A stretch of 64,000 nucleotides of DNA from Octopus sinensis (lineage: Eukaryota): assembly GCF_006345805.1 (NCBI RefSeq), contig NC_043015.1, positions 28,024,001-28,088,000 of the forward strand. The letters are read 5' to 3'. Made by a program: the position numbers and the translations under genes. Of the stretch, positions 39,530 to 55,119 are shown in pieces (position 1 is the first letter of the stretch; the number at the start of each line of letters is the position of its first letter). Under the pieces are notes generated by a model, which worked only from the letters and a program-made list of their open reading frames with translations, had not been told where the DNA came from and searched no databases.

Positions 39530-39920
39530 GTCTTCCGTGCCGGTGGCACGTAAAAAGCACCATCCGATTGTGGCCGTTGCCAGCTTCGTCCGACCCCCGT
39601 GCTGGTGGCATGTAAAAAGCACCATCCGATTGTGGCCGTTGCCAGCCTCGTCTGGCCCCCGTGCCGGTGGCATGTAAAAATCACCATCCGATTGTGGCCG
39701 TTTGCCAGCCTCGTCTGGCACCTGTGCCGGTGGCACATAAAAAGCACCCACTAGACTCACAGAGTGGTTGGCGTTAGGAAGGGCATCCAGCTGTAGAAAC
39801 ACTGCCAGATCAGACTGGAGCCTGGCGTAGCCTTCTGGCTTCCCAGGCCCCAGTTGAACCGTCCAACTCATGCTAGCATGGAAAGCGGACGTTAAACGAT
39901 GATAATGAAGATGATGATAA
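39530..39920 (+). mobile_element. SINE family B with internal tandem repeats
   Basis: About three ~60-bp units plus the 3' part. Confidence 0.85.
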
Positions 39921-40196
39921 AAATGCTCAGATTCAATCAATGATTATTGTCAGTGCTGCCCAACACCATTTTGCACCCTCTTTCAATGAGTTGGGCAATA
40001 ATTTCCCCCAAAAGAACACCCACAAAGTAAACTACTAAAATTTAAGCATACACTCATTTAAACATATTAGAAAAGTACATACAGGTTAACTGATTAGCCA
40101 CGACAGACTAATTAATAGTCTTACAGAAAGAAGTAATCTTGTTTATCAACTAACCTCATTCCTGCTCATTAGCATTTCCAAATTCTATTCAGATAT

Positions 40197-41019
40197 ATGT
40201 GGCTGTGTGGTAAGAAGCTTGCTTCTCAACCAACCACATGGTTCCGGGTTCAGTCCCGCTATGTTGGCGCTTTGGACAAGCGTTTTCCACTATAGCCTCG
40301 GGCCAACCAAAGCCCTGTGAGTGGATTTGATTGGCAGAAACTGAAAGAAGCTTATTCGGTATATGTGTGCGTGTGTGTGTGTGTCTTTATGCCTATGTTT
40401 GTCCCCCACCACTGCTTGACAACCAGTATTTGTGTGTTTATATCCCTGTAACTTAGCAATTCAACAAAAGAAACCGATAGAATAAATACCAGGCTTGAAA
40501 AAAAAACAAATACTGGGGTCAGTTCATTCAACTAAAATTTCAAAGCAGTGCCCCAGCATGGCCAGTCTAATGACTGAAATACATATATATATGTGTGTAT
40601 ATATATATATATATTTTTTTTTTTACTCGTTTCAGTCATTTGATTGCGGCCATGCTGGAGCACCGCCTTTAATCGAGAAACTCGACCCTGGGACTTATTC
40701 TTTGTAAGCCCAGTACTTATTCTATCGGTCTCTTTTGCCGAACCGCTAAGTGACGGGGACATAAACACACCAGCATCAGTTGTCAAGCAATGCTAGGGGG
40801 ACAAACACAGACACACAAACACACACACATACATACATATATATATATACACATATATACGACAGGCTTCTTTCAGTTTCCGTCTACCAAATCCACTCAC
40901 AAGGCTTTGGTCGGCCCAAGGGTATAGTAGAAGACACTTGCCCAAAGTGCCATGCAGTGGGACTGAACCCGGAACCATGTGGTTGGTAAGCAAGCTACCT
41001 ACCACACAGCCACTCCTGT
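40197..41019. mobile_element. Two SINE-A copies tail-to-tail (40197-40582 +, 40620-41019 -)
   Basis: Adjacent copies in opposite orientation. Confidence 0.85.
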
Positions 41020-41857
41020 GTTTATATATATATATGAACACATACATATACATACATACCCACATACACACTTCTGATTGTCATTTCTTAATGACGGTAC
41101 GAACAGCTTTATGCGACAGTCTCATAGCCTGATGCTTTTGCAATCACCAAACCTTTGGGTTGCCTCATACAACACTCAAGGACGTAGTGTACCTATGTGT
41201 GTGTATCACACACTGAATACCAACACAAATTTATTCAGAGGGTGATAATGTCTACTCCTAGTATACTATATATTAAAGGTAGTTATTTTATACACTCGTG
41301 GATGGGAAGAAAAAGTCGACCTAAGTTGACCTAGGTAAAATCTGAACACAAAAATCATGAACAGGTCTGACTAAATTATTCACTGCCTTCGCACACTGAA
41401 TGGTCAAACCACTAGACCTACCAGAAATAATAGTCTAATATTCGAAAAAAAAAAAAAACAACGCATCGGATAATGTAGTCTAGGTATATATAAGGATAAA
41501 AGGTGGGATGGGCATGACTAGAAACGTCTTAATCGGACTGGCCTGGGGCTATACAGTAATAATTCAATATTGAGAATATGAAAGAAGAAAGTATTGAAGA
41601 AATGCCTGCAAAGCAAGCTGTTCCACGCTGCATCGAAATTATATATATATATATATATATCTGTAAATATAATATGTGACAATTATTCGGTAGCCAAGAT
41701 AAAACTGAGTTTCGGATGCCGAAGTGGAAATCCACACCACCATCTCTTCGAATAATTGTCATATTATTTTACAGATAAATTTCCTCTATTTACATAATAT
41801 TGAGGTCTCTTTCTTTCTTTTGTTATCTTACCGTTTTTACCAATATATATATATATA

Positions 41858-41990
41858 CTTTATTTCAAAGCAGCAGAAATTCAACAAAACCTGTTACTCT
41901 GAGTTTCACGTTCCCGACACTGTCCGACGAACGGGAACGGGAAACTCAGAGTAACAGGTTTTGTTGAATTTCTGCTGCTTTGAAATAAAG
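41858..41990. mobile_element. HH-D fold-back with hammerhead-like motif at 41920-41957 (+)
   Basis: ~59-bp inverted arms; ctgt-CCGACGA-acg ggaa cgg-GAAA-ctcagag-TA-acag; same family as 23515-23590. Confidence 0.7.
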
Positions 41991-42077
41991 CATATTACTC
42001 TACCCCTGGTATTTGAGTACTCTTTTTTTCCACCTTGTTTCACATTTATGTGTTTACTCCGGTGTATATATATATAA

Positions 42078-42265
42078 AGTTAATCCAAACAAGAAAACAA
42101 AAAGACAACAACGCAAGGACGTGGAACAAATAAAGTATTATTGGACGCTCAGGAAAGAAGGGAAGAAGGAGGGTTTGACGTTTCGAGCGGAGCTCTTTGT
42201 CGGAAACATAGGAGAAGGAAAGATCCCGAGAAGGGAAGACAGAGGAAAAAAAAAAAATTGCTAGT
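42078..42265 (-). mobile_element. HH-E repeat copy (motif 42173-42207, core CCGACAA, GUC triplet)
   Basis: High identity to 12077-12260. Confidence 0.7.
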
Positions 42266-42904
42266 GATACAGATGAGGTCACATACTAAAAGACCATATA
42301 TATATATATGAGAGATATATATATATGAGATATATATGTATGTATGTAAGAGAGAGAAAAGGACATATATACACGTTAACAGCTAAGATTTTGATATAAA
42401 GATGATATTAGAAGTAGGAACCGATTTTATATAATTATATATATATATAGGCTACAGAAGATAGTCTGTTGTTGAATTCCTCAATAACAGCAAAAGACAG
42501 CAACTGAGAGATGCTATGCTAGGCACGAGAAATATGGGAATGCGAAAGATGGATAGAAACTACCAGACAATTCTTACACGCAACACGTTCAAGTGTCAGT
42601 CTGCTGCGATGTTGTGTGTTGAAGATTCTGGTAAATAAACTCGTGACGAAAACAAGTTTGTCAAAACTGAGAGAGAGAGAGAGTTTTCCTACTTTTATTG
42701 ATTATTATACTCTTGCCGAAAAACGAAGGTAAAAAAAATGTATAAAATATAAAATAGCTAAATGAATGAATGGATGGATGACCGAGGAAACGATTGATGT
42801 GGTTAAGAGGAATCAATATTTTGGTAAAGAGAATATAAAAGCTACCAGTGTTTTATAAATGTCACCTTACAATGAATAATGCATTTGAATTCAAACTCAC
42901 AGAC

Positions 42905-42909
42905 GTGTG

Positions 42910-42942
<33 letters not shown>

Positions 42943-43059
42943 TTATGTACATATGTGTGTATGAACACATTCATTTATGTATACAAGCACATTATACATA
43001 CATATGTACATGTGTATATATATACATACACACACACATATATATACATACACACATAA

Positions 43060-43090
<31 letters not shown>

Positions 43091-43234
43091 TATATACATA
43101 CACACACACACATATATACATACACACACACACATATATATACACACACACACACACACACCCATATATACATACACACATATATATATATATACATACA
43201 CACACACATAAATATATATGTATATACACACACA
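42905..43234. repeat. Compound (TA)/(CA) microsatellite
   Basis: Direct reading. Confidence 0.95.
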
Positions 43235-44399
43235 ATTGGGGGTATATAAGAACCACAGCAACATCAAAAGACGACTGGGGGAGGTGGGGAGGAGGGAGAC
43301 GAACACACCTTTCAGCATGACTGTTCAAAAACGGTTATCTAACGATTCCTTTTGCTTTTCGCATCTAGAAAAAAAAATGGCTTCTTCTGCGACAGAACAC
43401 AAAAAAAGAATGAAAGAAAGAGAGAGAGAGACTTGGAGAGAAAACGGATGTGGAATTTTAAATCAGGAAGATACTAATGGGGGAAACGTGATAGCTCCGC
43501 AATTTAGACAATGTGAATATATTATATTATGGAACGTCTACCACCTTCAAGAGGCGACGACGGTCTATACCGTCGTTTCACCTGTACATTAAGAAAATAG
43601 AATTAAGAATGGAAAACAAGCGAGGGGCGGGGTAAAAATACAGCAACGATCCAAGGAAACACATGTGTGTAAAATATGAGGAAAAAAAAATAGAATGTCC
43701 AGTCAAGAACTGGGGCAATTTCAATTGACAATAATTCACTGGTGTCCCAACGAATTTGACTTATGTCTGATCTGGTGCAAAATGTTGGACAATTCTAGTA
43801 GCGCCGTCGCATCTACGAAGACTGTTTTTTTGGGATCACTTGTGGTTCGTTTATGACAATAAGGACCAAGTCTTTCTCTGCCCCCCACCTTTTTATTATT
43901 ATTATTTTTTTTTTCGTTTGATTCTGAATAAAGTAAATTTTTTCGTCCCACTTCAAAATTCTAAAGAAATATATATATATGGAGATTCAGGTATGTTATG
44001 TCTGTCTGTCTGTATCAGTTGGCCCACAATAAATACGAGTATATATTTATTTACTAACAACACACAACTTGATAATCAGGTGAGAGAATTCCATTAGAAA
44101 CACACCCTGAATGACATTTCACTAAATATAATTTCCCTTTGCAAATACTAAAGTGTATCTATGTACACACACGGTAAAATCATACGCCTTTCCTGTCATT
44201 CCTCCTCAGCCACCAATAAACATACGCGTGACTACTTACACACAAACACACACATATATATATGTATATATATAGTGCATACGTACAAACGACATTCTCT
44301 TTCGAAAGGGTTTGTCAGGGGACGACACATTATTAACGAAAGACAGCAGCAGAATGTTACGAAAGAAGCACATTTTTATAGATTGACAGCAGCACCAAG

Positions 44400-44987
44400 T
44401 TAGGATGGCAACGGTTATATACACAACGGAATACATACATCGTATTAAAACTACACAAATACATGCGTGTATGCATACACATACATATATATACAGTATG
44501 TCTGTACACATATATACACATGCATATATTTATGCAAATATACACATATATATGTATATATATATATGCATACACACATATATACATACAAAAACACACG
44601 TATATATACATACACACACACACACATATATATATATACACACACATATACATACACACACAAACACACACACATATATATACATACACATACAAACATA
44701 CACACATATATATACATACACACGTATATATACATACACACACGTATATATACATACACACACGTATATATACATACACACACGTATATATACATACACA
44801 TATATAAGCATATATATATATATATATACACACATACTATATACACATCCTTATATAATATACACATATGTATATCCATACAGATTATATATATATATAT
44901 ACACACACACAAGCATATCCATACAGATATATGCATATCTATCTATATACACACGCATATATATATATACTACACACACACACACAA
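44400..44987. repeat. Compound (TA)/(CA) microsatellite
   Basis: Direct reading. Confidence 0.9.
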
Positions 44988-45243
44988 ATTCCAGCATGGA
45001 AAAGTAGATGTTAAACAATGATGATGATCATGGTTGAGAAGTCTGCTTCCCAACTACCTAGTTTCAGGTTCAATCCCTCGGTGGGGCACCTTGGGCAAGT
45101 GTCTTCCATAGCCCGCCCCGAGCTGACTAAGGCTTGTGAGTGAATCTGGCAGATAAAAACTGAAAGCCAGTAATTCTGTGTGTATAAATTCTTTAACAGG
45201 TTTCACCCCTAAGACTGTGGCTATGCTGGAGCACCACCAATGC

Positions 45244-45269
<26 letters not shown>

Positions 45270-45277
<8 letters not shown>

Positions 45278-45540
45278 TATTAGAGACAAAACCACTATTT
45301 TGCAAAACAAACAAAGAAAGACTTAATCAATACATAAAATTTTAATAAATAGTCAAAAAAACCGCCACTACAATTGTTTCTTGTCTTGATCGACAATCTT
45401 CAGGTGGACTTCCAATAAGTCAGTTTCAAATTATAATATTTTACTATAAAATTGGATTTAATCCTAAATCTGATTTTTTCCCTGTAAATTTGATTTTTTC
45501 CCTGTAAATTTGGATTTATTCCGTAATATTTATTATTATA
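45270..45540 (-). mobile_element. HH-B host repeat inserted in (TA)n
   Basis: Homologous to 23005-23350; flanked on both sides by (TA)n. Confidence 0.65.
45365..45407 (-). ncRNA. Minimal type I hammerhead ribozyme, canonical core (family HH-B)
   Basis: Minus strand: ccac-CTGAAGA-ttgtc gatcaa gacaa-GAAA-caattg-TA-gtgg; 5-bp stem II, palindromic stem III ACAATTGT, GUA triplet. Confidence 0.85.
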
Positions 45541-46256
45541 TATATATATATATATATATTAAAACACATGTGCTGGTTTGTGATTGTGTTTCTTCATTTT
45601 GACAATGCATGTTAGTTGTAAAGGAGTGTCACCAACACACAAGCAGTGTTGTTTATTTCTCATCTTTCGTAAAACACATGACTGGAAATAGGTGAAGGTT
45701 GGTGACATTTGAGGCATCTGGCTGTAGAAAAATGTGCCTCGATGAAGGCTTACAAAAGTGGAAGTTAATAATGATATCTAGACATACATAGACACATCAT
45801 ATATATATACATATATAAAGACCCTACTTGTTGTCCATAGGAAAGGCAAAATCCAATGCAGCTTTGTACCAGTGATGTCATAACTCATTTCTACATCTGA
45901 GTGAATTGGAGTAAGGTGAAATAAAGTGTCTTGCTCAAGAACACAAAATAGCTCAGTATGGGAAATCAAACTCACAAACTCAACATTGTAAGCCCAAAAG
46001 TCTAACCCCTGAGACATGCACCCTGTGTTGTAAAATTAAGTTTATATACATATATATATTCATATATACACATGTATATACATAACCACGCATCACAAGG
46101 GCCTTGTAAAAAACACCTAGTACACTCAGTAAAGTGGTTGGCATTAGGAAGGGCATCCAGCCTTTGAAATCATGTCAAATGGACAGTACAGTTTGGAGCA
46201 GTTCTAATTGCCCAACTCATGCCAGCATGGAAAAGGGACGTTAAATGGTGTGTGTG

Positions 46257-46301
<45 letters not shown>

Positions 46302-46339
46302 TCACACACACGTGTGTATAATCAGACAGACATATAGTT

Positions 46340-46572
46340 ACGGAGACGTAAACACACCAACACCGGTTGTCAAGCGGTGGTGGTGAGACACATACACACA
46401 CACAGAAATATATGACGGGTTTCTTTCAGTTTCCGCCCCCACCAAATCTGTTCACAAGGCTTTGGTCAGGTCAACCCGAGGCTATAGTAGAAAACACTTG
46501 CCTAAGGTGTCACGCAGTGAAACCGAACCCGGAACCAAGTGGCCGGGAAGCAACTTCAGACCACACAGCTAC
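46340..46572 (-). mobile_element. SINE family A, partial
   Basis: Homology to family A. Confidence 0.75.
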
Positions 46573-47189
46573 GAACACACATATATGCATATACACCATA
46601 TATACACACACGTATATACATCAAAAAGACGGTGGTATGGATTGGGTGGATCTTTCCGGTTCAAATTCTTGTTCAGAGTTGCGGCCCTCCCCAGACGCAT
46701 TTTCAGTTTTGACTTGCCATCAACAACCGGATGCCCTTCCAACCGCCAACAACTCTATAGTGTCCTTCCTGCATTTCATCACGGGACCAGCGAGAGAGAG
46801 GTCGTGAAACCGTCATGTGTGTGTTTCTCTACGGATGGCTGGATATATGGACCAGACCATCATATACTTGTTGTACATAAACGGTCATATATATATATAC
46901 ATGTATACATACATTATATATACACACACACACACAGATATGTGTCTACATATATATATATATGTATATCCACCAACATACATAGTTACATACGGACTCT
47001 ACAACGAGACAGCATATTACTGGGCGGTACACATACCTTAAAAATTTTATTCATCTACACGTATATATCATTACATTTACACAAGAAACGTTTCATTATT
47101 TCCAGTAAAGTTCACTCTGCCCACCACATCGAAATGTCTGTTGGTTTTGCGCGTTAGGAATATTCTTTTAACCGCCCTACCCCTACGTG

Positions 47190-47287
<98 letters not shown>

Positions 47288-47971
47288 CATTCATATACAG
47301 GGGTGGGGCAGATAAATGAGTACATATGTGCTTATACATACACAGGGAAAACCAGATACACTACCATTTTGTTAATTTAAAAAAATAGGAAAAAAATTCT
47401 TCTTTTCAAAGAACGACTACAAGATGGAACGATGCCGGTTAGGAAGAACCGTTTCTGCCAGTGTAAGTGACGAAATCTCGACGAACGAACAATCGGTGGC
47501 CTAAATATGTCCTTTAAAAAGCAAGACAAAATCGTGAATTGTTATAAAAATAAAAAAAAAGAGAGAGAGAGAGAGAAAAGCCGTGTAGAGAAGGAAACGG
47601 ACGGGTTGGTTTTAATGTCTAACTAACCTAGTGATGATGTTTTAAACATGAAGGAATGTTGCAAGTACTGACATGTCACATACCCCCACACAAATTATAC
47701 ATGTACAGGAGAGGAATGTCACGACGGAAACACCATATACATACATACATACATACATATATACATGTATATATATATATATATGTAGTTAGTATTCAGT
47801 CCAATTTACCCCGATTGGGATTTCGAGACAAAATGTATGAAGAACAAAAAGCACTGTCCACTATTAACTGTGAATGGGACTCCTTCCTATCCATGGACAA
47901 ACGTAATAAAATGAAGGTTATAATGCAAATAAACCATGTATATTCTCTCTTTCGACCACACACCCACACAT

Positions 47972-48002
<31 letters not shown>

Positions 48003-48096
48003 ATTAATTAAGGGTAGAAATTGATATTTATCAATTAAAACCAGTGGTCTAGCATATTAAAAAAAAGAATCCGAAGATTAAAATATTTATATATAC

Positions 48097-48275
48097 CAAT
48101 TAAGGACTGAACACGAAAAGTGGACAGTCAACATGCTAGATATAGACGTCAAATCGCCATTCTCCACAAAAGATTATGAGTTTGATTTGAGAACATAATC
48201 TTTTGTGGAGAATGGCGATTTGACGTCTATATCTAGCATGTTGACTGTCCACTTTTCGCGTTCAGTCCTGAATTG
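48097..48275. repeat. Near-perfect 82-bp-arm palindrome within a (TA)n-flanked repeat (48003-48275)
   Basis: Arms 48097-48178 and 48194-48275; non-inverted copy of the same repeat at ~48978-49146. Confidence 0.9.
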
Positions 48276-48276
48276 C

Positions 48277-48313
<37 letters not shown>

Positions 48314-48789
48314 AATGTATGTATAATTTGGTGGCTTTAATTCAGATGTCTCTGTAGACGTCACCCACCACCTTTGGTTGTCTTGTAAAAAAGAAAAAAT
48401 TATGTTTTAAATTAACTCTCGACACAACCACGATTTTTTTTCTTCTTCCTACTGAGAAATAATAATCCAAAACTAAATAAAAATCAAGCTGTCTACCACC
48501 GCAATGGGTTATTTATTTCATCAAACATCAAAAAAATAATAAGAAGCAAAATCCAAATAAGAGAAAAGGAACAGATCTTGGAATATCATTTTCTATGAAT
48601 AAAAACCATCAAATCTTCCCACGAGATGCACTGGAGATATGCATATATACATACATTATACATACATGATCTAAGTTATAATATGATGTATAAAAAAAAT
48701 GTAATATACAAATAAATATCTGTAAATAATAAACCATCCGATTTTCTGAGTACCTCATTTTTTCCTTTATACATACATTATATATATAC

Positions 48790-48950
48790 ATACCTCAGAA
48801 TATATATCTGAATGTATATATATACATATCTCAGAATATATATCTGAATGTATATATATATACATATCTCAGAATATATCTGAATGTATATATATATACA
48901 TATCTCAGAATATATACATGAATGTATATATATACATATATCTGAATGTG
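48790..48950. repeat. Minisatellite (~36-38 bp, about 4 copies)
   Basis: CATATCTCAGAATATATATCTGAATGTATATATATA repeated. Confidence 0.85.
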
Positions 48951-49153
48951 TATATATATATATATATGTATGTATAGAATTAATTAAGGGTAGAAATTGA
49001 TATTAGTCAATTAAAACCAGTGGTCTAGCATATTAAAAAAGAATCCGAAGATTAAAATATTTTTTTACATACAAATTAAGGACTGAACACGAAAAGTGGA
49101 CAGTCAACATGCTAGATATAGACGTCAAATCGCCATTCTCCACAAACTCTTTG

Positions 49154-49184
<31 letters not shown>

Positions 49185-49298
49185 TTGAAGAAATGGGGGG
49201 AGAGAGAGACCGATTATCATTGATGATGATGAAATTAAGGAAACATTTTTTCTTAAATGGGTGTGTGTCCTCTTTTCTTGGAGGTAGGGTGCGCTCCC

Positions 49299-49334
<36 letters not shown>

Positions 49335-49397
49335 CATACATATATATATACATACATACATACATATATACATACATACATACATACATTATATATA

Positions 49398-49435
<38 letters not shown>

Positions 49436-49852
49436 CTGTATTGGTGTATTTGAAATTAGTGATGTTTCATTGTCCGGATTTATATAATTAATATCACTTT
49501 GGCAATTGACAAAAATGAGTGGTGTTATAAAATGTAAGAAAGGAACATTCGATGTAGAAATGAAGATATTAACATATATATATATGTATATATGAAGAGG
49601 CTGTGTATAATCGATTCGGCTCTGACAGTTGAAATGTCATTTTGTTGTGTGTGAGAAAAAGAAAAAAATTGTAATTCCAAATAGAGAAGAAGAAGAAAGA
49701 CACCCATTTATTTCATGGCCGAACCGAAGTTAATTTAGATTTTAGAAATGAAACAACACCCGACTTAACATAATATAAAACCATTGCCATGACAGGACAC
49801 ACGACACACACCCTCTTCACATTTAGGAATGAAATGGCAGTTTAAGGAAGGT

Positions 49853-51900
<2,048 letters not shown>

Positions 51901-52014
51901 CTTCCTTTCGTTAAATAATACCTAACGTAACCTGTCATATCGTTTTTGTTCCACTTCTTTTAATTTCTAGTGGCTTTTTTTTTTTTTTTTCATTTCTTCT
52001 TCTGATGATGATTC

Positions 52015-52642
52015 AAATGTGGTCGAATGGCTTGGCAGAAACGTTAGCACGCCGGGCGAAATGCGTAGCCGTATTTCGTCTGTCGATACGTTCCGAGTTC
52101 AAATTCCGCCCAGGTCGATTTTGCCTTTCATCCATCCTTTCGGGGTCGATTAATTAAGTACCAGTTACGTACTGGGGTCGATGTAATCGACTTAATCCCT
52201 TTGTCTGTCCTTGTTTGTCCCCTCTGTGTTTAGCCCCTCGTGGGTAGTAAAGAAATAGGTATTTCATCTGCCGTTACGTTCTGAGTTCAAATTTCGCCGT
52301 GGTCGACTTTGCCTTTCATCATTTCGGGGTCGATTAATTAAGTACCAGTTACGCACTGGAGTCGATGTAATCGACTTAATCCCTTTGTATGTCCTTGTTT
52401 GTCCCCTCTGTGTGTAGCCCCTTGTGGGTAGTAAAGAAATAAGAAACGTAGCCGTATTAATGTCTGTCGATACGTTCCGAGTTCAAATTCCGCCCAGGTC
52501 GACTTTGCCTTTCATCCTTTCGGAGGTCGATAAATTAAGTACCAGTTACGCACTGGGGTCGATGTAATCGACTTAATCCCTTTGTCTGTCCTTGTTTGTC
52601 CCCTCTGTGTTTAGCCCCTCGTGGGTGGGTAGTAAAGAAATA
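52015..52642 (+). mobile_element. SINE family D, three tandem units
   Basis: B-box GAGTTCAAATTCC; unit ends GGGTAGTAAAGAAATA; other copies at 3955-4140 (-), 38165-38630 (-) and 54525-54850. Confidence 0.85.
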
Positions 52643-52944
52643 TATTGTAAGGGAGAAGATATTGTCACACAAACCAGCAAGCATATATATAATACTTAAT
52701 TTATTAATCTCAGGAAAATTTTTTAAATGGAAAATTGGTTAATTTGTCTTCATTCATCTGTCATTCTTTGAACTCAGAATATTTTCAGTTATGGCCACTG
52801 TCATATAAGCCTGTATTTATTGATTTATATAACATGAACACAACGCCAAGGCAGGAGGGAACTGTGAATTGTATTGACTTGTTTATTCCCATACCGTCCT
52901 GCACATCGGTCTGTCCTTGGACGGTTTCAACCAGTTGCATATCA

Positions 52945-53139
52945 TTCTCTTTACTCTTTTACTTGTTTCAGTCATTTGACTGCGGCCATGCTGGAGCACC
53001 GCCTTTAGTCGAGCAACTCGACCCCGGGACTTATTCTGTTTGTAAGCCCAGTACTTATTCTATCGGTCTCTTTTGCCGAACCGCTAAGCATTGGTTGTCA
53101 AGCAATGCTAGGGGGACAAACACAGACACACAAACACAT

Positions 53140-53170
<31 letters not shown>

Positions 53171-53335
53171 CATATATATGATGGGCTTCTTTCAGTTTCC
53201 GTCTACCAAATCCACTCACAAGGCATTGGTCAGCCTGGGGCTATAGTAGAAGACACTTGCCCAAGATGCCATGCAGTGGGACTAAACCTGGAACCATGTG
53301 GTTGGTTAGCAAGCTACTTACCACACAGCCACATC
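52945..53335 (-). mobile_element. SINE family A
   Basis: Near full-length copy. Confidence 0.9.
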
Positions 53336-53473
53336 TGCATCTATGTTTGCTTTTTTTTCTATGGGAACTCAGCCATTCCTCATTTCTGGAAGGTTTGTGG
53401 GTGCGAAGGGGTTACTCCATGAAACCTTCTTACTGCACAATATAGCCCATTCAAACGAGAGAAGGAAGGGGAG

Positions 53474-53570
53474 AGAAGAAGAAGAAGAAGACGAAGAAGA
53501 CGAAGAAGAAGAAGAAGAAGAAGAAGAAGAAGAAGAAGAAGATGATGATGATGATAATGAAGAAGAAGAA
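53474..53570. repeat. (GAA)n/(GAT)n trinucleotide tract
   Basis: Direct reading. Confidence 0.95.
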
Positions 53571-55119
53571 TTGACCCTAGTACTTGACTGGTACTTTATT
53601 TATCATCTCTGGAAGGATAAAGGGTAAAGCTGACTTCAGCCGTTCAGCAGGATTTGAACTTCGTGTGGAGAACTGAAATAAATACTATCATCCTCATCCT
53701 CCTCCTCCTCATCATCATCATCGTTGACGTCGTCCTCATCACCATCATCTTTTTAGTGTCCACTTTTCCATGCTAGCATGGGCTGGATGGAGTTTACCGG
53801 GGAAATTTTTCTCTGACTGGATGCCTTTCCTGTTGCTAACCATCGCCTGTTTCCAAGTAAAGTAATATTTCCCCATGGCCAGACGTATTCTTGCAGAATA
53901 TAGGAAATGAATTACACTGCTTGTAAAACAGGGACATTCATTTACAACTGTCACATGATATCAAGACAAGGAGATACAAACATACTCTCAAACATACATA
54001 CATGAGTCATCATGATTATGATGATCATGACCATGATGATGATCATCATCATTTAATGTCTGTTTTCCATGCTGAAATGGGTTGGGTCGTTTTACAGAAG
54101 CTGGTAAGGCTGAGGGCTGCACCAGGCTCCCATTTTCGGTTCTGGCATGGTTTCTATGGCTGGATGCCCTTCCTAAAGCCAGCCACTTTGCAAAGTATAC
54201 TGGGTGCTTTTTATGTGACACCAGCATTGGTATCAATTTTGCTGTGGTGGACCGGACTTCTTGAGAACAGCACTTGCTCCTTTGTCAAGGTGCCAAACAT
54301 CTTGATATATATATGTGTGTGTGTGTGTGTTAAGTATGTACATGATGGGCTTCTTTCAGTCTCCATCTACCAAATCCTTTCATAACGTTTTGGTCAACTC
54401 AGGGTTAAGTAGAAGACATTTTTTCAAGGTGCCACACAATGGGATTGAACCCAGGAAAAATGCAATTGAAAAGCAAACTTCTCAACCACCCACCCACTCT
54501 GATAACAGAATTGTTACCTATTTCTATATTACCCACAAGGGGCTAAACATAGAGGGGACAAACAAGGACAGACATAGGTACTAAGTCGATTACATCAACC
54601 CCAGTGCATAACTGGTACTTAATTTATCGACCCCAAAAGGATGAAAGGTAAAGAATCGTTACCGTCTCAGAAAAAGTACTTGGCAGCATTTCATTTATTG
54701 TTACATTCTGAGTTAAAATTCCACGGAGGTTGACTTTGTCTTTCATCCTTTTGGGGGGGTCAATAGAATAAGTATCAGTTGAGTACAGGGGTCAATTTAA
54801 TTGACTTACTCCCTCTCCCAAAATAGCTGTCCTTGTGCCAAAATTTCCTTTGCCACAGACCTGTAAGAAAGAGGCTATTTTGAACCTGCCGATTCTTGAT
54901 GCAACATCATTTTGTTCCCCTGCCCCTTCCAGTCCCTTTCTGATGTCACTTCCTCTCCCTTCCAGTCACACATCATTCCTCCACAATATATTAAGGAAAG
55001 AACCTACCAACTATATTTTTACAAATAGCCTTAGGCTGAACAAGTCTTGTGGGTGGGTTTCATAGACAGAAACTAAAAAAATGAAGCCTGTTATTTATGT
55101 ATGTGTATGTGTGTTGTGG

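Noticed and set aside
42455-42632. Plus-strand open frame ending at G|GTAAAT
   Set aside because: Poor acceptor and no homology recognised.
43552-43578. GC-rich hairpin GACGACGGT-CTAT-ACCGTCGT as a Helitron end or terminator
   Set aside because: No CTRR terminus at the expected distance; intrinsic terminators are not relevant in this eukaryotic context.
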